Below, one piece after another: positions 19,546 to 29,599 of a stretch of 64,000 bases of DNA. How positions within the stretch are numbered: position 1 is the first letter of the stretch; every line of letters begins with the position of its first letter. The notes below the pieces were generated by a model. The model was given only the letters and a program-made list of their open reading frames with translations. It searched no databases and was not told the DNA's origin. The stretch lies in contig OZ244814.1 of assembly GCA_965220175.1 (NCBI GenBank), positions 2,634,630 to 2,698,629 on the forward strand, written 5' to 3'. The translations under genes and the position numbers were made by a program. This DNA is from Chloroflexota bacterium (GTDB lineage Bacteria; Chloroflexota; UBA11872; VXOZ01).

Positions 19546-20580
19546 TTGAATCCTTCCAACCTACAGGTCATCGCCGACGTACCGTATCCTGCCTGGACTC
19601 AGGCACTGCAGGCCTTGCCAGGCCAGCATTTCCTCCAGACCTGGGAATGGGGCGCGCTGCGAGAGCGTCACGGGTGGCAGGCTCAGCGTTACTTGTGCGA
19701 ACACGACAGTCAGGTTGCAGCCGCCTTCACATTGCTTACCCGCCGGATTCCCGGGTTTCCCTTGAGAATCGCTTACGTGCCCAAAGGCCCCGTGCTCGAT
19801 TACGCCAATCAATCGCTCTTCGCTGCCGTCCTGGATCGCGTCGCCACAGCCGCACGGGAGGCGAGGGCGCTTTATGTAAAGATTGATCCCGATATTCCGG
19901 AGGCCGACACAAGCACTGCCCGCTTCTACCAAGAGTGCGGTTGGCAAGCAAGCCGCCAGCAGATTCAGTTTCCCCATACCGCCATGCTTGACTTGGCAGG
20001 CGGGGCAGACGCGCTATTGGCATCCATGAAACCAAAGACACGCTACAACATTCGCCTGGCAACGCGGCGCGGCGTGGAAATCGAGCGTTCTTCCGACTGG
20101 CAAGCGTTATTCCATCTCTATGCGGACACCGCCAACCGTGACGGCTTTGCCATACGGGAGGAGCGCTATTACCATGACCTGTGGTCGCTGTTTCATCAGT
20201 CGGGTCAAGGAGAGTGCTTCTTCGCGCGCGTGGACGGTGAGGCCATCGCAGGGCTTTTTCTCATACACATTGGTGACACCGGGTGGTTCTATACGGGCGC
20301 ATCCTCCCAGCGGCACCGTGGCAAGATGCCCAACTACCTCTTGCAGTGGCACGCTATCCAGTGGCTGATAGAGCGCGGCTGCCGCTGGTACGACCTCTGG
20401 GGCGCGCCGACGGTGATGGCTGAGAGCGATCCGCTGTGGGGCGTGTACCGCTTCAAGAGCGGCTTCGGAGCGCATTATGTGCGCCGCCTCGGGGCGTACG
20501 ATCTAGTGCTGAATCGCCCCGGCTACTACGCCGCCACACGGCTTATTCCACGCCTGCTACAGCTTGCTCGCCGCCGCTAG
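19546..20580 (+). CDS. FemABX family peptidoglycan bridge peptidyltransferase, second paralog
   Basis: 'HFLQTWEWG', 'AYVPKGP', 'KTRYNIRLA', 'MPNYLLQW', 'YDLWG', 'GVYRFKSGFG'. Confidence 0.92.
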   Translation: MNPSNLQVIADVPYPAWTQALQALPGQHFLQTWEWGALRERHGWQAQRYLCEHDSQVAAAFTLLTRRIPGFPLRIAYVPKGPVLDYANQSLFAAVLDRVATAAREARALYVKIDPDIPEADTSTARFYQECGWQASRQQIQFPHTAMLDLAGGADALLASMKPKTRYNIRLATRRGVEIERSSDWQALFHLYADTANRDGFAIREERYYHDLWSLFHQSGQGECFFARVDGEAIAGLFLIHIGDTGWFYTGASSQRHRGKMPNYLLQWHAIQWLIERGCRWYDLWGAPTVMAESDPLWGVYRFKSGFGAHYVRRLGAYDLVLNRPGYYAATRLIPRLLQLARRR

Positions 20581-20679
20581 GCCGCCAGCCACCCTTTCCT
20601 TACCGCTGCGCTTGACCCTGCGCAATTCGCAGCCTACTATGCCTCTAAGCATGGCTGGAATCCTGGGGAGCAGAACAGC

Positions 20680-22050
20680 ATGGCAAAAATCGCCTTCATT
20701 GGCGCCGGCAGCGTAACGTTTGCCCGCCGTATCCTCACCGACATCTTGACGTGGCCTGAGCACCGCGAGAGTTCGCTGGCGCTCATGGACATTGACGGCG
20801 AAACGCTGGCGATCACGAGCCAATTCGTGCAGCGGCTCATCCGGGAACAGGGGCTTGGCGCCACCGTTAACGCCACCACCGATCGGCGGGAAGCAATCGC
20901 CGGCGCCGACTATGTCATTACGGCAATTGACGTCGGCGGTCAGCCGCTCCGCATGCAGGACTGGAGAATCCCCGCCCAATTCGGTGTCTATCAGACTGTG
21001 GCCGACACGATCGGTCCCGGCGGCGTCTTCCGAGGGCTCCGGACGGCTCCCGTCCTCGCCGCGATTGCCCAGGACATGGATGAACTGTGCCCCGATGCTC
21101 TACTCATCAATTACGCGAACCCCATGAACATCAACATGTGGCTCATCGGCGCCACCAGCAACGTACGGGCTGTGGGCCTGTGCCATAGTGTGCAGGGCAC
21201 CGCCGGGCAGCTTGCGGGCTACCTGGATTTGCCGCCGGAGGAGGTGTCGTACTGGGTGGCCGGCATCAACCACCAAGCGTGGTTCTTGCAGCTCCGTCGT
21301 CACTCTTACCGCGGGGAAGACTTGTATCCACGCTTGCGGGCGGCGATGGAGGATGCCGAAGTCTACGGCAAAGACAGCGTTCGCTTCGAGATCCTGCGTC
21401 ATTTTGACTACTTCGTCACCGAATCGAGTCACCACATGTCGGAGTACACGCCGTGGTTTCGCCGCACCGCGGCAGACCGGGCCCGTTTCATGCCGCTACA
21501 CCTGAGGCGCTGGGCCGAGGAGAATAACGTCGCGAGAGACGAGAACGGGAATCTGCTGGACGACGAAGCGGTCATACGCGAGTCGTTCATGTATGCGCGG
21601 CAGGAACGGCGTGAAGACTACTTTGCGGACCAGCGGAGCCAGCTCGAAGGCCCTGACCCTCTTCCATTCAACCGCACGCATGAATACTGTTCGTTCATAT
21701 TTCACGCTATAGAAACCAACACGCCCTATCGCTTCAACGGCAACGTACCGAACACTGATCTGATTACGAACCTTCCCCGCGGCTGCAACGTCGAAGTGCC
21801 AATCTTGGTGGACAGCGCGGGGCTTCATCCCTGCCACATTGGCGATCTCCCGCCCCAGTGCGCGGGCATCAACCGCACCAATGTCAGCGTACAAGAACTT
21901 ACTGTGCAAGCGATGCTGGAACAGGACCGGCGCCACGTTCATGAAGCAATTGCATTGGACCCGATTACGACCACCCAGTGTTCGCTTGACGACGTGCGTG
22001 CCATGACTGAGGGGTTGTTTGCCGCAAGCGCGGACTACTTGACCATCTAG
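20680..22050 (+). CDS. melA: Glycoside hydrolase family 4 (NAD+/Mn2+-dependent alpha-galactosidase-like)
   Basis: 'KIAFIGAGS', 'DTIGPGG', 'NYANP', 'GLCHS', 'AGINH', 'TESSHHMSEY', 'VEVP'. Confidence 0.88.
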   Translation: MAKIAFIGAGSVTFARRILTDILTWPEHRESSLALMDIDGETLAITSQFVQRLIREQGLGATVNATTDRREAIAGADYVITAIDVGGQPLRMQDWRIPAQFGVYQTVADTIGPGGVFRGLRTAPVLAAIAQDMDELCPDALLINYANPMNINMWLIGATSNVRAVGLCHSVQGTAGQLAGYLDLPPEEVSYWVAGINHQAWFLQLRRHSYRGEDLYPRLRAAMEDAEVYGKDSVRFEILRHFDYFVTESSHHMSEYTPWFRRTAADRARFMPLHLRRWAEENNVARDENGNLLDDEAVIRESFMYARQERREDYFADQRSQLEGPDPLPFNRTHEYCSFIFHAIETNTPYRFNGNVPNTDLITNLPRGCNVEVPILVDSAGLHPCHIGDLPPQCAGINRTNVSVQELTVQAMLEQDRRHVHEAIALDPITTTQCSLDDVRAMTEGLFAASADYLTI

Positions 22051-22174
22051 CAGCACGGCACGGCAGCTAGCAACTACCGTGGCCGTCGCTTCCTCACTTC
22101 ACCAAAGTCCGACAGAAGCAAATGTAGAGTTCGCTTTTCAGCAAATTGCCTGCGAGGATCGATAGCGGAGCGTC

Positions 22175-22564
22175 ATGAAGAACCACAGCGATGAATCCCC
22201 ACCCGCGGATGAAGCACGGCAGGGCCCCCTAGACAGCGAGGATCAGGCGCAAGGCCCGATCGATGAGTCTCCAGAGGGGTTCCCGGTCTGCCAGTGGTGC
22301 GGCGGCGCCATAACTGAGAAGGAAGACTTAGTGGTTGCCGCCGATGAGACCGGCGCGCCGACGCGAATAGCGCCGGTCGGGTACACGGCACCACGCACCT
22401 TCGCGACCTATCACCGGGAGTGTCACTTTGAGGCATCCGGCGAGTTTCCCGACGTGCAGACTGAGGAAGCGTCACCGTTCTGGACGCCTGTCAATACCGC
22501 CATTGTTGGCGTTACACTGGTGGTCGTCCTTGTCGTGCTGTACTTCGCTCTCTTCCCGCAATAA
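22175..22564 (+). CDS. Hypothetical tail-anchored protein with putative Zn finger
   Basis: Acidic N-terminus, CQWC...HREC motif, one C-terminal TM helix; RBS GGAG upstream. Confidence 0.6.
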   Translation: MKNHSDESPPADEARQGPLDSEDQAQGPIDESPEGFPVCQWCGGAITEKEDLVVAADETGAPTRIAPVGYTAPRTFATYHRECHFEASGEFPDVQTEEASPFWTPVNTAIVGVTLVVVLVVLYFALFPQ

Positions 22565-22799
22565 TGCCTCTTCATGCTGCCGCGGGTTCTTTAAGAATCA
22601 GGTGGGGAAAATCGAACACTCTATGCGGACTTGACGACCCTGAACTCATAGCGTAAACTTCACGTGTACTGTGCGGCGCACGGTTGGTGTGGTATTGCCG
22701 CCGAGACCGGCCCGCAGGCGTAACAGTGTGTATGAGGCCATACGCTGCCCGATCGATAACGGGTGGGAGAAGCGAAACTTAGAGAAGGAGTTGCTGCAG

Positions 22800-23909
22800 A
22801 TGGCTAGTGTAACTCTTGAAGCCGTAACAAAGCGCTTTGGCGAAGTTGTCGCGGTGAGCAACATGTATTTGGAAGTGAAGGACAAGGAATTCCTCGTCCT
22901 CGTCGGCCCTTCCGGGTGCGGTAAGTCCACGACCCTGCGCATGATTGCCGGCCTTGAAGAGATTACGGAAGGCAGTCTCTTCATCGGCGACCGCTTGGTC
23001 AACGACGTGCCACCGAAGGACCGTGACATCGCGATGGTGTTCCAGTCCTACGCGCTCTATCCGCACATGTCGGTGTACGATAATCTCGCGTTTGGATTGC
23101 GGTTGCGCCGCACGCCCAAGAAAGAGATTGATCGTCGTGTCCGTGAGAGTGCTGAGATGCTCGGCATTGGCGAACTCCTCAACCGCAAGCCCCGGCAGCT
23201 TTCCGGAGGCCAGCGGCAGCGTGTCGCGTTGGGACGCGCGATTGTGCGCGACCCCGCCGTCTTCTTGATGGATGAGCCGCTTTCGAACTTGGACGCCAAA
23301 CTGCGCGTTACCACGCGTGCGGAGCTCATCAAGCTCCACCGCCGCTTGGAGACCACGACGATCTACGTCACCCACGACCAGGTAGAGGCAATGACGATGG
23401 GGCACCGCATCGCTGTGATGCGAGACGGTGTCTTGCAGCAACTAGACACGCCGCAGAACATCTACGACCATCCGTCCAACATGTTCGTGGCCGGTTTCAT
23501 TGGTAGCCCGGCCATGAACTTCCAAGAGGCCACGCTCTCCGGCGATGCCGACGAAATGTGGGTTGAGACCGGCGGCTTCAAGCTCCGCTGGCCGCCCGAC
23601 AAGGCCGCCGCGCTGGCCAGGGCCGAGACGGACAGGATTTACTTCGGCTGGCGGCCGGAGGACATGTTCGACCCGCGCTTCCGCCCTGCCGCGTTGGACG
23701 TCACCGAAGGTAACTCGATGACGGCCCGCGTCGACGTTGTGGAGACACTGGGCTCTGAAATGTACGTTTACTGCCTCGCCGGCGACATTGACTTCGTTGC
23801 CCGGCTCGATCCGCGCGCTGAAGCGGTGGTCGGTCGCGATATCGAAATGGTGGTTGACGTGGATAAGTGCCACGCGTTTGATATGCGGACGCAAGAGTCG
23901 ATTTTCTAA
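22800..23909 (+). CDS. ugpC: Sugar ABC transporter ATP-binding subunit (UgpC/MalK/MsmX family)
   Basis: GPSGCGKST, 'LSGGQRQRVALGRA', 'MDEPLSNLDAKLR', TOBE domain; RBS AAGGAG before ATG 22800. Confidence 0.92.
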   Translation: MASVTLEAVTKRFGEVVAVSNMYLEVKDKEFLVLVGPSGCGKSTTLRMIAGLEEITEGSLFIGDRLVNDVPPKDRDIAMVFQSYALYPHMSVYDNLAFGLRLRRTPKKEIDRRVRESAEMLGIGELLNRKPRQLSGGQRQRVALGRAIVRDPAVFLMDEPLSNLDAKLRVTTRAELIKLHRRLETTTIYVTHDQVEAMTMGHRIAVMRDGVLQQLDTPQNIYDHPSNMFVAGFIGSPAMNFQEATLSGDADEMWVETGGFKLRWPPDKAAALARAETDRIYFGWRPEDMFDPRFRPAALDVTEGNSMTARVDVVETLGSEMYVYCLAGDIDFVARLDPRAEAVVGRDIEMVVDVDKCHAFDMRTQESIF

Positions 23910-23975
23910 GAATACCGGTCACCTGCTCCGCAGATGGCTCCCAAGGGCCATCGCGCAGAGAACGGACAAAGCACA

Positions 23976-24013
23976 AAGAGAGGAGGCAGCGCAAATGTGC
24001 TGCCTCCTCTCTT
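23976..24013. terminator. Long perfect inverted repeat between convergent genes
   Basis: AAGAGAGGAGGCAGC (23976-23990) pairs with GCTGCCTCCTCTCTT (23999-24013). Confidence 0.65.
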
Positions 24014-24211
24014 GGCGTTTCGCGGTCTTACATCGCAGTAAGCACGGATACGGATTGCGATTGATCTCAGCCGTGCAGGAGAGGTTTCTCGGTAAGTATC
24101 CTTTAGACAGTTGCTAGACTGCCTCTCGCAACCCGGCCAGGCGAGCAGATTGCTCAAGCACCCCGCAGACTAGTAGACCGTGCCATACCCTGTTTGGCGC
24201 CGAGGTACTGG

Positions 24212-24781
24212 CTAGACCGGCAATTCCCAGAGCGCGTACCACTTGGATTGGTCGGCCTCCAAGGGCAGTTCGCGATCGGCGACCGCTTGCATCCGCAGTT
24301 CCAGGGCATTGTCGCGTGTGCGTGCGCCCGTCGGGGCAAATGGATAGAATGATCCACGCTTGTAGTTGTAGATCCAGTACATCCCCGTACCTTCCATGTC
24401 CTCGAAATGGAAGGCCGCGGCAAGGAGCTGGTCGCGGTAGCCGTGTTCGGAGAGGGTAAGGCTGACCATGTGGATGGTGGTGACCAAGTCTTCAAAGTCG
24501 GGGTCTTCAAGCACCACCCAGTGGAAGCCGAAGGAATCTTCCTTGATCAGAGTTTCGGTGCCCGTTTCCTTGCCGCTCACTTCCAGCAAGTCAGCGAGCT
24601 CCCGCTGCAGACTTGAGAACTGGCTGGACGATAGCGAACGGAAGCAGATTCCGGCGTTGCCGTTGCTGTGCAGTCCGTTGCTTGCAGCAAAGGCAAACGC
24701 TGCCGTGGAAATGCTCATCAGGCTTTCCAGATGGGAGCGAACCGGCCGGCTGCGACCCAGCAGCGCGTCCAGGAACTTCAC
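24212..24781 (-). CDS. PspA-associated protein PspAB-like
   Basis: 'EDSFGFHWVVLED.DFEDLVTTIH', 'YNYKRGSFYPFAP', 'RDNALELR', 'WYALW'; coupled to htpX. Confidence 0.75.
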   Translation of the reverse strand: MKFLDALLGRSRPVRSHLESLMSISTAAFAFAASNGLHSNGNAGICFRSLSSSQFSSLQRELADLLEVSGKETGTETLIKEDSFGFHWVVLEDPDFEDLVTTIHMVSLTLSEHGYRDQLLAAAFHFEDMEGTGMYWIYNYKRGSFYPFAPTGARTRDNALELRMQAVADRELPLEADQSKWYALWELPV

Positions 24782-25683
24782 TACGCTCGCTCCATCTGCT
24801 GTTCGAGCGCGGCGAGACGCTTGAGACGATTCTCCAGCGACGGGTGGGTCGAAATGAGTTCCATCAAAGAACTCTTGCTCACGGCGGGCATGATGAAGAA
24901 TGCATTGGCGCCTTCCACCTGGCGCAAGTCATCTTTCGGTATGCGTTGCATCCGGCCGCTGATCTTCAGGAGGGCGGACGAAAGATGAGATGGTGACCCC
25001 GTCAGCGCTGCGGAGCCGCGATCGGCGGCATACTCGCGGTATCTGGACAGCGCCCGTATCAAGAGGAAGCTGACAATCCATACCAGGAGCGCCACGAAGT
25101 ACACCAGAATTATCGCGTTGCCTGAGCTGTCCCGGCCCCTGCCGCCAAAGCCGCCAAACAGGCCCATATACATCCCAAAGCGCATGATCATGAATGCAAG
25201 CGTAGAAAAGAAACTCGCCAACGTAATGACCATCACGTCACGGTTCTTTACGTGACTGAGTTCGTGAGCCAGCACCGCCTCCAACTCATCCCGATTCAGT
25301 TGGTGGATGAGCCCGGTTGTCACCGCCACGACCGCGTGCTTGGGGTCCCTGCCGGTGGCAAAGGCATTCGCCATGGAGTGCTCGACCATGGCAACCCGCG
25401 GCTTCGGCATATCCGCCATTGCCGCGAGACGTTCGATCATGGCGTGCAAATCGGGAGCTTGTTCCGGCGTGACCTCTTTGGCGCCCATCGACCACAGAAT
25501 CATCTTGTCGCTGAAGAAGTATTGCGCGGCCATCAGAGCACCCGCGAACACCAGCATTGTCATGGCGCCCGCGCCCAGCGACCAAAGAGCGGCCAAGAAG
25601 AAGACGTACACCGCACCCAGTAGGAAGATCGTGATGAACATGCGCACCTGCAGTCCACCGTCGCTTATCCACTTGCGCTGCAT
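24781..25683 (-). CDS. htpX: Zinc metalloprotease HtpX (M48)
   Basis: 'NAFATG', HELSH zinc motif, 'SRYREYAAD', 'STHP'. Confidence 0.95.
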   Translation of the reverse strand: MQRKWISDGGLQVRMFITIFLLGAVYVFFLAALWSLGAGAMTMLVFAGALMAAQYFFSDKMILWSMGAKEVTPEQAPDLHAMIERLAAMADMPKPRVAMVEHSMANAFATGRDPKHAVVAVTTGLIHQLNRDELEAVLAHELSHVKNRDVMVITLASFFSTLAFMIMRFGMYMGLFGGFGGRGRDSSGNAIILVYFVALLVWIVSFLLIRALSRYREYAADRGSAALTGSPSHLSSALLKISGRMQRIPKDDLRQVEGANAFFIMPAVSKSSLMELISTHPSLENRLKRLAALEQQMERA

Positions 25684-25808
25684 TGAGATTCTCCTCGTCT
25701 AGGTTATTGATTAATAGTTTCTTGTTTAGTTTTTCAAAGTAACTAGGTCACTGCTCACGCTAGTTTAACCGGGCCTTTCCTTCAGGCACTAACGGTTACT
25801 TACCATCA

Positions 25809-25837
25809 ATTATACTGAAGGCGGGGGGCTTTGACTA
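25809..25837 (-). promoter_or_regulatory. Probable promoter for htpX-pspAB
   Basis: Minus-strand TAGTCA, 17 bp, TATAAT in an AT-rich divergent intergenic region. Confidence 0.45.
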
Positions 25838-25976
25838 TGGTAGGTTGCTGGCGCGGGCTCCAGGTACGCGGGCAGAGTTGTCCCCATGCACGCAGGCCGT
25901 GGATTTGCTACAGTAGAGTTGTCGAGACCGGCCCAAACCAAACTTCCGATTAGCGGAATGACTGACGATTGCGCTC

Positions 25977-26705
25977 ATGACCATCGCAGATAACGTCGCG
26001 CACGTAAAATCACGGATTGCCCAGGCTGCGGTACGCGTGGGCAGAGACCCCTCCGAGATAACGCTCGTTGCCGTCACCAAGACATTCGGCAAGGACACCG
26101 TCGAGGAGGGCGCCGCTGCCGGGCTCAGGACATTTGGTGAGAACCGCGTCCAGGAGGCGGCCGAGAAGATTCCGATGCTGCCTGCATCTTTCGCATGGCA
26201 CATGATCGGGCACGTCCAATCAAATAAAGCCAAACAGGCTGCGGGGCTCTTCGATTACGTGCAGTCGGTCGACAGCATGCGATTAGCCACGGCCCTTGCG
26301 CGGCATGCGGCTGACCAGGACCGGCAATTGCCGGTATTACTGCAAGTGAATGTTACGGGCAAGGCAAGCCAATTCGGCTTCGAACCGTCCGAGTTGCCCA
26401 CGATAGCCCAGAACGTTGGGACGCTCACCAATCTGCGGATAGACGGGCTGATGACAATCGCGTCTTTCACCGATGATGAGACGACACTCCGCGGAGAATT
26501 CCGCACCCTGAGGGAGTTGCGCGCTAGGCTGCAGTCAATGCTGCCCGATCACCCGTGCCGGGAACTCTCCATGGGCATGACCAACGACTATGCAATCGCG
26601 ATAGAGGAGGGTGCTACCATAGTTAGGGTGGGGAGGGCACTCTTTGGCGAGCGCCCACCTCCGGAGCGCGCGAGCGCGTCGATGGCGGCATTACAAAGTA
26701 CCTAA
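25977..26705 (+). CDS. yggS: PLP homeostasis protein YggS/PLPBP
   Basis: 'LVAVTK', 'FGENRVQE', 'WHMIGHVQSNK', 'LSMGMTNDY', 'VRVGRALFG'. Confidence 0.95.
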   Translation: MTIADNVAHVKSRIAQAAVRVGRDPSEITLVAVTKTFGKDTVEEGAAAGLRTFGENRVQEAAEKIPMLPASFAWHMIGHVQSNKAKQAAGLFDYVQSVDSMRLATALARHAADQDRQLPVLLQVNVTGKASQFGFEPSELPTIAQNVGTLTNLRIDGLMTIASFTDDETTLRGEFRTLRELRARLQSMLPDHPCRELSMGMTNDYAIAIEEGATIVRVGRALFGERPPPERASASMAALQST

Positions 26706-26722
26706 ACGGAACTCTTAAGCGC

Positions 26723-26983
26723 ATGAACGCGATAATCTGTACGTTTGTTCACTTTCTCACGCTAGCGCTGATCTTCGCTATCATCGCTCGTGCCTTAGCT
26801 TCATGGTTTGTGCAGGACCCGGGCAACCCCATCATTGCAATGCTAAATGACATCACGGAGCCGATTGTTGGCCCCATCCGGCGCTATATGCCAAGTGCCG
26901 GCATGATCGATTTTTCCCCATTGGTCGCGCTCATTCTGTTACAGCTACTCCGGACATTCTTGCTCTCGTTGATTTGCGGTTAG
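26723..26983 (+). CDS. yggT: YggT family membrane protein
   Basis: 'ITEPIVGPIRRYMP..GMIDFSPLVA'. Confidence 0.92.
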   Translation: MNAIICTFVHFLTLALIFAIIARALASWFVQDPGNPIIAMLNDITEPIVGPIRRYMPSAGMIDFSPLVALILLQLLRTFLLSLICG

Positions 26984-26986
26984 CGA

Positions 26987-27301
26987 ATGTCGCAGCCGGC
27001 GTTTGACATCAGAGATTCCACAGACGGCTGCGAGTTAACTATCCTGGCAAGACCGCGAGCGCGGCAGACTGAACTTGCCGGAACGCACGCTGGCGCGCTT
27101 TGCGTCCGTTTACAGGCGCCACCGGTGGACGGGAAGGCCAATGCGGAGTTGATAGCGTTTCTTGCCCGTGTCCTCGGCGTACCCAGGGCTGCGGTCATGC
27201 TGCGGCGGGGCGCTGCGGCACGACGCAAGCAGATTGCGATCAGGGGACTTACGGCCGCTCGGGTAACACGCTGCCTTAGCGCACTTCAGACAGGAGAGTA
27301 A
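26987..27301 (+). CDS. yggU: DUF167 / YggU family protein
   Basis: 'APPVDGKANAELIAFLA' motif. Confidence 0.9.
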   Translation: MSQPAFDIRDSTDGCELTILARPRARQTELAGTHAGALCVRLQAPPVDGKANAELIAFLARVLGVPRAAVMLRRGAAARRKQIAIRGLTAARVTRCLSALQTGE

Positions 27302-27304
27302 GAC

Positions 27305-28579
27305 GTGCTGCAGACCCCTCGAGGCACAGCCGACGTTCTACCCAGCGAACAAGCGTACTGGAGCTACGTAACGTCTCACTTTAAGGCCATCTGCGATTCG
27401 TACGGCTACGGCGAAATCCGTACACCTGTGTTTGAAGACACGCGTCTCTTCCAACGCACTGTGGGTGAAGGCACGGATATCGTAGAGAAAGAAATGTACA
27501 CGTTTGCCGATCGCGGGGGTGACAGCCTCACGCTGCGACCGGAAGGGACGGCGCCGGTGGTGCGCGCCTATCTGGAGCACGGTATGCACCGGCTGCCTCA
27601 ACCGGTCAAGCTCAGTTATGTCGCTTCAATTTTCCGCTACGACCGGCCTCAGGCAGGGCGCTTGCGCCAGCACCACCAGTTCGGCGTGGAAGCGCTCGGC
27701 GAAGAGTCTGCCGCCATCGATGCCGAGGTGATTAGCCTCCTATTGCATCTCTATCGAAGCGTTGGGCTGACCGAAGTTTCGCTGCAACTCAACAGCATTG
27801 GCGATGCGGCCTGCCGTCCACAGTACATCGCAGAACTGAAGGCATACTACGATTCTCACGTAGAATCTCTGTGCGCAAACTGTCAGACGCGCCTGGAACG
27901 CAACCCACTCCGCCTCCTGGACTGCAAAGAGGATTCGTGCCAACCCTTCATCGCTGATGCGCCGCACACGTTGGACAACCTCTGCGAGGACTGTGAGGAG
28001 CACTTCGACGTGCTGAAGCGCTCATTGGAGGCGATGGGCATAAGCTATGCCTTGAACCACACGCTGGTGCGGGGTCTGGACTACTACACGCGTACCGTAT
28101 TCGAGGTCTGGCCGCAAGCAGTGGGGCGGCAGAGCGCGTTGGGCGGCGGGGGCCGCTACGACGGCCTGGCAGGGCAGATTGGCAAGCGCGACCTGCCGGG
28201 GATAGGATTCGGCACAGGAATCGAGCGCATTATTCTCAACCTGCAACGGCAAGGCGTCATCCCCAACGAGTCCCGGCCCTTTAGCGTGTTCGTAGCAACA
28301 CTCGGCGAGCGGGCTGCGACGTACGGCACCCGCCTGGTGAATGAACTCCGACAACGAGGCATGCGCGCGCTGATGACGTATCGGCCGCGCAGTCTCAAAG
28401 CGCAACTCCGCCAGGCCGGAAATCATCACGCTGACTTTGCCGTGATCGTTGGGGACGATGAACTGGCACAAGGCCACGTCTTGTTGCGGGATCTGGGATC
28501 GAGCACGCAGGAGAGCGTCGCGGAGTCCGACCTTATGCAAGCTCTTGAGCGCTTGCGTGCTGATGGGCGAACTCCCTGA
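27305..28579 (+). CDS. hisS: Histidine--tRNA ligase
   Basis: 'PRGT', 'LRPEGTA', 'FRYDRPQAGRLRQHHQ', 'LVRGLDYY', 'GGGRYDGL', anticodon-binding domain. Confidence 0.97.
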   Translation: MLQTPRGTADVLPSEQAYWSYVTSHFKAICDSYGYGEIRTPVFEDTRLFQRTVGEGTDIVEKEMYTFADRGGDSLTLRPEGTAPVVRAYLEHGMHRLPQPVKLSYVASIFRYDRPQAGRLRQHHQFGVEALGEESAAIDAEVISLLLHLYRSVGLTEVSLQLNSIGDAACRPQYIAELKAYYDSHVESLCANCQTRLERNPLRLLDCKEDSCQPFIADAPHTLDNLCEDCEEHFDVLKRSLEAMGISYALNHTLVRGLDYYTRTVFEVWPQAVGRQSALGGGGRYDGLAGQIGKRDLPGIGFGTGIERIILNLQRQGVIPNESRPFSVFVATLGERAATYGTRLVNELRQRGMRALMTYRPRSLKAQLRQAGNHHADFAVIVGDDELAQGHVLLRDLGSSTQESVAESDLMQALERLRADGRTP

Positions 28580-28753
28580 GAGTGTGCGTGCTGAGCCCCT
28601 GAGAGTTGATCGTGCAAAGGGCAGCGCGCAACTCAACCCAGCACAAATGGAACAGTCAATTTCCCGTTCGCCCGGACCCTGTCGAAGGCCGGCTCTGCAC
28701 CCAACCAATGAGCCGAGGGGATGCGTGCCAACAATTCCTCTTGACGCGGACGA

Positions 28754-29521
28754 CTAAACGGGAACGCCAACCAGCGACTCCATCAATTCGACGTTCTCGT
28801 CAACCTCAGCCTTGTTTTCCATGCCCAATACGATGGCAGCAACGCTGGAGAGATCGAGCACGTACTCAAGCGCCTTGCGGCGGTCGTCGAGCAGCTTGCC
28901 CGCGCCGTAGACTTTCATCCCATAGATTCCCTTGCCGCGCGCGGCCATCTCGTCCATCACGGGAATGACCTCCTCAGGCGAGGCATCCATCAATACGCCG
29001 GCGTAGTTGATGCGGGCAAGCACGACCTCTACCCAGGGAGAGACGGCAGCTAGTTTGAAGGCTTCGAAGTCATGGCAGGAAACGCCCACAGCGCGAATCT
29101 TGCCCTCGTTCTTGCACGCCGAAAGCGCTTCCATGCAGTCCTGGTACCGCGTCGTCCAGTCGTGCTCCGTCAGGCAGTGCAAAAGCACGATGTCGGCATA
29201 ATCGGTGCCGAGTTCACGCAGGAAGCGGTCGACATCTGCCCGAATGCCATCCGGAGTGCGTGACGTCGTCTTCGTCGTAATGACAACCTGATCGCGCGGC
29301 AGCACGCCTAAGGCCCCACGCACATGGGGATGGGAACCATATTGGTCGGCGGTATCCCAGAAACGCACGCCGGAGTCGTAGGCGTAGCAGAGGAGGTCGA
29401 TCAGGCCTTCAGTGCCAAGCTGCCGGGTCTGATTCGATGACCCGTTCCATCCGACCGTACCGGTGCCGATGCACAACCGGGAGACTTCAATGCCGGAGCT
29501 TCCGAGAATTACATTCTGCAT
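28754..29521 (-). CDS. Aldo/keto reductase
   Basis: 'GIEVSRLCIG', 'DTADQYGS', 'ITTK', 'GKIRAVGVS'. Confidence 0.88.
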   Translation of the reverse strand: MQNVILGSSGIEVSRLCIGTGTVGWNGSSNQTRQLGTEGLIDLLCYAYDSGVRFWDTADQYGSHPHVRGALGVLPRDQVVITTKTTSRTPDGIRADVDRFLRELGTDYADIVLLHCLTEHDWTTRYQDCMEALSACKNEGKIRAVGVSCHDFEAFKLAAVSPWVEVVLARINYAGVLMDASPEEVIPVMDEMAARGKGIYGMKVYGAGKLLDDRRKALEYVLDLSSVAAIVLGMENKAEVDENVELMESLVGVPV

Positions 29522-29599
29522 GGCTATTGACTCCTTCTTGACTGCTGGCTTGACACTATTCTACCACTCCGGAAACGCGCGCACGCGAAATGCGCTCCC

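Noticed and set aside
23861-25671. Near-consensus DnaA boxes (GTGGATAA in ugpC, TTATCCAC in htpX)
   Set aside because: Isolated, inside coding sequence, and far from dnaA.
24212-25683. htpX-pspAB coupling as a novelty
   Set aside because: A previously recognised gene association; ordinary.
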